Virus record (IMG/VR): IMGVR_UViG_3300032282_006037
Coordinates: 9,609-73,608 of that record
Source of the DNA: a virus
Taxonomy: Duplodnaviria; Caudoviricetes
DNA: 64,000 nt
Reading direction: 5' to 3' (one strand)
In this document: piece by piece, positions 58,146 through 64,000 of the stretch
How positions within the stretch are numbered: position 1 is the stretch's first letter
How the letters are laid out: each line of letters begins with the position of its first letter
The notes under the pieces: model-generated
Database searches by the model: none
The model's input: only the letters and a program-made list of their open reading frames with translations
What the model was told of the DNA's origin: nothing
Program-made: the position numbers and the translations under genes

Positions 58146-59115
58146 ATTATCTATAATATATGTTACAGCTAGACGACAACCTAAATTTGAATGGTTTGTT
58201 GAAACTTTAATATCGCAATATCCTGATGGAGATGTTATAGATCAAATTGTTTTTATTGATACTTTTATTGATTACGAAGCAAATAGAAAAGAAGCTTTAG
58301 AAAAAATCGTTAATAATAGATTTAAATATTTACATATCGCTCCAAAACCATCTATTTGGAGAGGAAAACATAGAAAAACTAAAAGTAATTTTTTTGATGC
58401 ATCAGGATCTAGAAATACAGGATTTTTAGTTGCGGAGCACAATCATATTGTTTTTATTGATGATTTATCAGCTTTAAATGAAGGGTGTTTAGAATATCAT
58501 AGAAAAGCTGCTGAACAAAAAATAATTTTTTGCGGAGCTTATGATAAAGTTTCTGATATAATAATTGAAAATAATAAAATTAAAAGTTATAAAAAAAATA
58601 ATAAAGATGGTCGAATTACCCATCAATTAACTGATGATAATCTTGCGATTGGAGGAGGTTGGATATTCGGCCAAAATATAAGTTTTCCAATGGAATATAT
58701 TTTTAAAATTAATGGTTACGATGAATATTTAGCGAGAAGAGGATGTGAAGATTGTAATATCGGAGTTAGATTAGAATTAGCAGGTTATAAAGACTTGATG
58801 TTTTATAATAAAAATTGTTTAGTTATAGAAGATGAATTATTGCATTACACTCAAGAAAATATAGTTGATGATTTATATTGTAAAAGAAGATGGAAAACTG
58901 ATGAAATTAAAAATGAAAATGTTAATTCATTTATGGGCCTTACAATGAATGACATAGAAGCTAAACATTTATATAAAGATAAAAATTTTTATCCTATTGA
59001 TAAAGAATTTAACTTGATAAAAGAAAGAGACTTATATTCAAGCCAAAAAATTTTTAAATCAGTTGATGATTTGACTTATACGGATTATGATGGTGAAGAC
59101 ATATCTATCATATGA
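58135..59115 (+). CDS. GT2-like glycosyltransferase
   Basis: RNTG, FIDD, and INGYDE....GCED motifs. Confidence 0.75.
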   Translation: MKNKLSIIYVTARRQPKFEWFVETLISQYPDGDVIDQIVFIDTFIDYEANRKEALEKIVNNRFKYLHIAPKPSIWRGKHRKTKSNFFDASGSRNTGFLVAEHNHIVFIDDLSALNEGCLEYHRKAAEQKIIFCGAYDKVSDIIIENNKIKSYKKNNKDGRITHQLTDDNLAIGGGWIFGQNISFPMEYIFKINGYDEYLARRGCEDCNIGVRLELAGYKDLMFYNKNCLVIEDELLHYTQENIVDDLYCKRRWKTDEIKNENVNSFMGLTMNDIEAKHLYKDKNFYPIDKEFNLIKERDLYSSQKIFKSVDDLTYTDYDGEDISII

Positions 59116-60389
59116 AATATTTCAATATCATTGATCAACTCAAAGGATGGTGTTCTCAAGATAAATCAGAAAAACTTTACAAATTAATTATAGATCAAAA
59201 GCCTTTAAATATAGTTGAAATAGGAGTATTTGCTGGCAAATCATTATTTTCCCAAGCATTTGCATTAAAAGAAAATAATTTAGGAATTATTCATGGAATT
59301 GATTCTTGGAAATCTATTGATTGTGTTGCTGGAATGAAAGATGAATCAGCTATAAACTGGTGGAGTTCTCTTGATTATGAAAATTTATATAAAGAATTAA
59401 TTGATAATATTCAAATTAATGATTTACAAAATTTCATTAAAATTCATAGAATGTCTTCTGAAGAATTCTCAAAAACAATAGATTTTGAAATAGATATTTT
59501 ACATATAGATGGAAATCATGAAGAAGAAAATGCATGTCGAGATATTGAAATGTATCTTCCTAAAGTAAAAGAAGGTGGTTATGTATGGTTTGATGACGCT
59601 AATTGGCATCAAACACAAAAAGCTGTAAAATTAATAGAAAATAAATTTAATTTCATGTTAATTAATAAAGCTAAATCGGATGATCCTAATAATTTTTGCA
59701 ATTTGTATATTAAAAAAACAAAAACTATTATTCCTAAAATATTTTGTTTAACTTTAAAAAGTACTCCCAAAAGAAAAGAATATGCTCAACAACATTTTTC
59801 ACAACATTATTTAGATATTGAATTTTTTGAAGGTATTCACGGTAAAAAATTTGGTTTAGAAACAAAAATACCTTATATGGATGATCAACCAAATTGGACT
59901 CCAGATCATGGACCCATGCATTTTATTTCTTCAGGACATATTGGATGTATTTTATCGCATTATATGTTATGGAAAGTTTTATCATATTTGCCATATGAAG
60001 AAATAATTATTTTTGAAGACGATGTTGTTTTAACTGATCGATTCATAGAAAATTTTATAAAATATAAAAATCAATTACCTGATGATTGGCAATATGTATT
60101 TTTAGGTCATTGTTGTTTACCGAGTGAAGAATACCAAATTAAAATTTCAGATAATATTATAAATACAATACATCCACCAATGTGTACTCATGCTTATATG
60201 ATTAAAAAATCTGCAATTCCTATTTTGTTAGAAACAAATTCACTTGCATGGAGTCATATAGATATACAAATACAAAAAAGAAGTTTAAAATATCTGAAGC
60301 ATTATGTGTTCATTCCACCGATTGTTGATCAAATATCAATAAATAATCCTAAAGATCCAAATTTCAAATCATTAACAGTTTTTAGTTAA
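59112..60389 (+). CDS. SAM methyltransferase fused to a GT25 glycosyltransferase
   Basis: N-terminal VEIGVFAGKS and HIDGNH; C-terminal GC.LSH..LW, IFEDD and THAY. Confidence 0.8.
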   Translation: MKYFNIIDQLKGWCSQDKSEKLYKLIIDQKPLNIVEIGVFAGKSLFSQAFALKENNLGIIHGIDSWKSIDCVAGMKDESAINWWSSLDYENLYKELIDNIQINDLQNFIKIHRMSSEEFSKTIDFEIDILHIDGNHEEENACRDIEMYLPKVKEGGYVWFDDANWHQTQKAVKLIENKFNFMLINKAKSDDPNNFCNLYIKKTKTIIPKIFCLTLKSTPKRKEYAQQHFSQHYLDIEFFEGIHGKKFGLETKIPYMDDQPNWTPDHGPMHFISSGHIGCILSHYMLWKVLSYLPYEEIIIFEDDVVLTDRFIENFIKYKNQLPDDWQYVFLGHCCLPSEEYQIKISDNIINTIHPPMCTHAYMIKKSAIPILLETNSLAWSHIDIQIQKRSLKYLKHYVFIPPIVDQISINNPKDPNFKSLTVFS

Positions 60390-60392
60390 TAT

Positions 60393-61028
60393 ATGTTTAA
60401 TATTTTTTTTGATAAAATATATATTATTACTTGCAAAAATTTTATTGAAAGACATGATTACATAAAAAATCATTTTAAAAAAAATAACATACAATTTGAT
60501 TTTATAATCTCAACTGATAAAAATCTTTTCGATAAAAAAAATATAACCAACTCAGAAAAAAGTTTAGCTTTATCACATTTAAACTGTGTAGTAAATGCAA
60601 AACTCAATAATTATCAAAAAATATTAATATGCGAAGACGATGTGAATTTTATTGAAAATATAAATATTGAATTCGAAAAATTTTTAAAAAATTTACCACA
60701 AGATTGGGATTTTCTACAACTAGGAAATGCATTTTGGGCTTCACACTGGTTAAAAAGAAAATATATTAATGAAAATTTATATCAATTTGAATGGGGAAGC
60801 GGTTCACATTGTATAGCTATTAAAAACACTATATTTGATACAATGATCAAAAGATTTGAAATTTTAAATAATCCTGCTGATTTTATGTATTATTCACTTT
60901 TTGCAGAAAGTAAATGTTATTGTCCCGAAAACTTTTTAGCTGATCAATTATCAAAAAATATTTATTTAAAAGATAACTCTGGAAAATATATTTTTGATAG
61001 TTATTTGGATATTGATAGAGTTAAATAA
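60393..61028 (+). CDS. GT25 glycosyltransferase
   Basis: FDKIYII...ER, SH, ILICEDD and WD.LQLG motifs. Confidence 0.78.
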   Translation: MFNIFFDKIYIITCKNFIERHDYIKNHFKKNNIQFDFIISTDKNLFDKKNITNSEKSLALSHLNCVVNAKLNNYQKILICEDDVNFIENINIEFEKFLKNLPQDWDFLQLGNAFWASHWLKRKYINENLYQFEWGSGSHCIAIKNTIFDTMIKRFEILNNPADFMYYSLFAESKCYCPENFLADQLSKNIYLKDNSGKYIFDSYLDIDRVK

Positions 61029-61029
61029 A

Positions 61030-61176
61030 ATGATAAATCATGTTAATAAAAACAATTCATCTTATAAAGATCTAGAATTGAAAGATATATCAATTTGTTT
61101 TGATATAGAAAAAGTTAAATACGGTATGAAAAATAGATGGATAAGAACAAAAAAAATGCCGTGGATATTAGTTTAA
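61030..61176 (+). CDS. small hypothetical protein
   Basis: 48 aa ORF filling the gap between glycosyltransferases. Confidence 0.35.
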   Translation: MINHVNKNNSSYKDLELKDISICFDIEKVKYGMKNRWIRTKKMPWILV

Positions 61177-61180
61177 TTAT

Positions 61181-61990
61181 ATGAATAAAATATATCATTT
61201 CATATTTGGTTTATCTGAGGATTTTATCAATAAACCATTTTGTTATTTTCATTATTTGAATATAAAAAGTTGTTATTTGACTCAAAATAAACCTAAAATA
61301 CTTATACATTGCGTATATGAACCTCATAATAATGAATGGTGGGAGAAGATTAAAGATTTCGTGGAAATCGTAAAATATAAACAACTTCCAGATTTAGTAT
61401 ATTTTTGTAATAATCAAAAAGTATGGCGTTTTGAACATCAATCAGATATTTTAAGACTATTAATATTAAAAGACATTGGCGGTGTTTATGCCGATATTGA
61501 TACGTTTTTTTACAAACCTTTCTTTCCACATTTTGATAATAAATCATTTGTCATGGGTTTAGAAGGTATGCATTATTTAGAATGGGATACTTGGAATATT
61601 CATGGATTATGCAATGCTTTAATAATTTCAGAAAAATCCCATGAGTTTATAGATATATGGTTAGAAGAATATAAAACTAGTTATGATAATTGTGATTGGA
61701 ATGTATTATCTGTAAGAAAGCCTTATGAATTATCGCAGAAATATCAAAATTTAATTCATGTAGAACCTGCTTATACTTTTCATAAATATAGTTGGATAGG
61801 CTCTGTTTATGATGATTTCACTGATTATAACAGTTTTTATGTAACAAAATTATCTGATTGCGGTATAATGAGTAAACATTTATTTGAATCTAAAATTTTT
61901 GATAGACTTAAAGATATAACTGCTGATGAAATAAAGATTAAAAATAGTCTTTTTGCTAGGATGTGTAAAAATGTAGAAGGACTCCTTTAA
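61181..61990 (+). CDS. GT32 (DXD) glycosyltransferase
   Basis: SDILRL.IL...GGVYADID and CNA motifs. Confidence 0.85.
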   Translation: MNKIYHFIFGLSEDFINKPFCYFHYLNIKSCYLTQNKPKILIHCVYEPHNNEWWEKIKDFVEIVKYKQLPDLVYFCNNQKVWRFEHQSDILRLLILKDIGGVYADIDTFFYKPFFPHFDNKSFVMGLEGMHYLEWDTWNIHGLCNALIISEKSHEFIDIWLEEYKTSYDNCDWNVLSVRKPYELSQKYQNLIHVEPAYTFHKYSWIGSVYDDFTDYNSFYVTKLSDCGIMSKHLFESKIFDRLKDITADEIKIKNSLFARMCKNVEGLL

Positions 61991-61998
61991 TTAATAGT

Positions 61999-63258
61999 AT
62001 GAATAAAAACACTCCAGAATATTATGGTTATACAATAGGTCAAAATATTGCGCCTTATATTAATAAATGTATTGATGAAACTGGTGAATGTTATGTATCA
62101 GAAGGTGAACATATTTTTGGTCGAAATGATGAAGAATGGCATAAAGGGCATGTTTGGTCAGATAGTTGTATTACTTGGGGTTGGAATAGAAATCATAATA
62201 TTAAATTAATTGGCGCTGGATATGATAAAACAATATTTAAATTAATAGACAAAGTAAATAGTAGAAATTTATTTGGAACGCCAGCTCCAATTGTTCACAT
62301 GTTGTCAACAAATTATAATGTTAGCTGCGATAATAATTTAATTGAAGGAATAACATTTGATGGTAATTATGAAAATAACCATGACATCAGTACTGTTTGT
62401 GCAATAAGAATGCGCGGTTCAAATAATACAGTTAAAAATTGTCGATTTATCAATTTTGGACCGGGCGATCAATCAGATAATGAATGTTTTCAAGTTTTTT
62501 GCGTAGGACATGGTAAATTAGATGACGGCGCTAAAATATTTAATAATGTATTTGAATCTGTTGGTAAAAAAAGAAATAGCAAGAAAGGTCATTGCCCCGA
62601 AAATACATTTATTGCAGTTGGCGGCAAAGCGCCACAAATAAAAAATAATATATTTAAAAACTGTGAATTCGATATAATAAATCAACAAAGTCCATTACAT
62701 GCGATTACAATTGCTGATTCTTTAAATGCAGAAATAACAGACAATATCTTTGAAAACTTTCAAGGTAATTGTATTTATATAGATAGTTGGACTAATAAAA
62801 ATGCTGTAATAGTGAACAACCGTGGTACAAATATATGGAATTTTATAGCACTGACTTGTCAGCATTGGCAAAATCAAGATCAAATTAGTTATAGTGAAGA
62901 TTTTTGTATAGAAAATAATGAAGTAGTTTTAAGTGATGGCAATGTTTATTATCAATGGGATCAACAACCTATTGTATCTGTATTTTTTGCTTACAATCAT
63001 GATCCTCAATTAAATATTAATATATATACAGGATTTAAAAATATTGTTGCAAAAGATAATAAAATCACTTTAGGTCATAGAATAGTTAATGGAGTAACTG
63101 AAGTCAGTAATATTTTAAAGTGTTATTGGGGATATGCAGCTAGCACAGACAAAATTCTGTTGACAAACAATCAAATTTTGAGTAATATCCCTAAACCAAT
63201 TGAGAAACCATCTATCTTTAGAAGATTTATTAATTGGTTACTAAATATATTTAAATAA
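61999..63258 (+). CDS. right-handed beta-helix protein (pectate-lyase-like; possible depolymerase)
   Basis: LIGAG..KT, GITFDGN and repeated I.NN.F.N units. Confidence 0.7.
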   Translation: MNKNTPEYYGYTIGQNIAPYINKCIDETGECYVSEGEHIFGRNDEEWHKGHVWSDSCITWGWNRNHNIKLIGAGYDKTIFKLIDKVNSRNLFGTPAPIVHMLSTNYNVSCDNNLIEGITFDGNYENNHDISTVCAIRMRGSNNTVKNCRFINFGPGDQSDNECFQVFCVGHGKLDDGAKIFNNVFESVGKKRNSKKGHCPENTFIAVGGKAPQIKNNIFKNCEFDIINQQSPLHAITIADSLNAEITDNIFENFQGNCIYIDSWTNKNAVIVNNRGTNIWNFIALTCQHWQNQDQISYSEDFCIENNEVVLSDGNVYYQWDQQPIVSVFFAYNHDPQLNINIYTGFKNIVAKDNKITLGHRIVNGVTEVSNILKCYWGYAASTDKILLTNNQILSNIPKPIEKPSIFRRFINWLLNIFK

Positions 63259-63260
63259 TT

Positions 63261-63734
63261 ATGAAGAGATTAATCTCACTACTATCTATTATTACTGCAC
63301 TCACGGCCAACGCTTTGGATTTCTCCATTGTTGGAAGTGGAAACACTCAAACTCAAGGACCAACTACGCCAACACAGTTTGCTACTGGTCTTCGTTTCGA
63401 AACTTTTGTTACTGATGCTATTAGCATTGGCGCTGTTCAATCTTTTGGATTGACGGCTGTTAATAATGTTCTATTTAATACTGAAGTATTTACTGCTTAC
63501 AATATTAACTATACAGTTTTTGGAATGAAGAATACTGTATTCGCTGGCGGCGATGTTAATCTAGCTTATGGCGATGGGACTCAAAGCGCGTGGCAAGCTG
63601 GACCAATTCTAGGTAATCGATTTTTCCTAACTGATAATACTTATATTCTCGCCCAAGCTGCTTACGATGTAGCTTTGAATGGCGTGTCAAATAATCAGGT
63701 TCGATATACGCTAGGTTTGGCTTTTAGATTTTAA
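63261..63734 (+). CDS. outer-membrane beta-barrel protein (about 8 strands)
   Basis: Signal peptide ending ANA, amphipathic strands, terminal YTLGLAFRF beta-signal. Confidence 0.75.
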   Translation: MKRLISLLSIITALTANALDFSIVGSGNTQTQGPTTPTQFATGLRFETFVTDAISIGAVQSFGLTAVNNVLFNTEVFTAYNINYTVFGMKNTVFAGGDVNLAYGDGTQSAWQAGPILGNRFFLTDNTYILAQAAYDVALNGVSNNQVRYTLGLAFRF

Positions 63735-63762
63735 TTAGAATAATCTAAAAAATTTGTGTATT

Positions 63763-63795
63763 ATCCAGTAGGGGTCAAACCCTACTGGATTTTTT
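63763..63795 (+). terminator. intrinsic terminator-like hairpin
   Basis: atccagtaggg-gtcaaa-ccctactggat followed by a T run. Confidence 0.75.
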
Positions 63796-63799
63796 ATTT

Positions 63800-64000
63800 A
63801 TGAGGTGGATCAAATTTCTCATCATTAGTTTATTTTTTGTCATCAATTTATACGCACAAGTTGTAACAAATACAGCCACATTATATTCTAATATTACTCA
63901 AGCAGATAATAGTGTTATAACAGTTCCTATTCCCATAACTATTGTTAGAACTAATGGAAGAATTGCTGAATTGTCATTAAATATTAGTAATGTTTCTCAA
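63800..64000 (+). CDS. exported protein, truncated by the window end
   Basis: MRWIKFLIISLFFVINLYAQVVTNT... has a signal peptide and the frame is open to the end. Confidence 0.6.
   Translation, partial: MRWIKFLIISLFFVINLYAQVVTNTATLYSNITQADNSVITVPIPITIVRTNGRIAELSLNISNVSQ

Noticed and set aside
5994-61547. Many 60-110 aa ORFs nested antisense or out of frame within long genes (e.g. 5994, 6631, 14440, 27612, 28472, 49184, 49875, 57137)
   Set aside because: They overlap well-supported genes, lack recognisable motifs, and are expected by chance.
1-64000. Alternative genetic code (stop-codon reassignment), common in large phages
   Set aside because: Conserved genes are full-length in the standard code, coding density is high, and the only tRNA is Gln(UUG), not a suppressor.

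Overview
AT-rich, gene-dense, almost entirely + strand segment of a large tailed dsDNA bacteriophage genome, read in the standard genetic code. There is no rRNA, CRISPR array or IS element. Contents in order: the end of a tail-tube-like gene and a serine-protease/Ig virion protein; a small minus-strand operon (dNMP kinase, phage sigma factor, GT4, Hsp20); a ~14 kb nucleotide-sugar/glycosyltransferase island (RfbH/E1, RmlB-like, split YerE-like TPP enzyme, ColD/ColC/Gmd); class II RNR; a cluster of putative head-internal proteins with a shared N-terminal motif; a free-standing GIY-YIG endonuclease; a bacterial-type replisome (RecA, DnaB, primase, PD-(D/E)XK nuclease, DnaE split into PHP, exonuclease and core genes with a SET-like gene between them); a ClpC-like ATPase; an FtsZ/tubulin homolog; a Whirly-like ssDNA-binding protein; nucleotide metabolism genes; tRNA-Gln; a candidate lysis module (lipoprotein plus TM-PAS protein); UvsE; a second glycosylation island; a beta-helix protein; and an outer-membrane beta-barrel. 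Three promoter classes are visible: sigma70-like TTGACA promoters, a recurring GTGTA motif, and one sigma54-type promoter, mostly with near-leaderless starts. All protein calls come from motif recognition by eye, not database searches.
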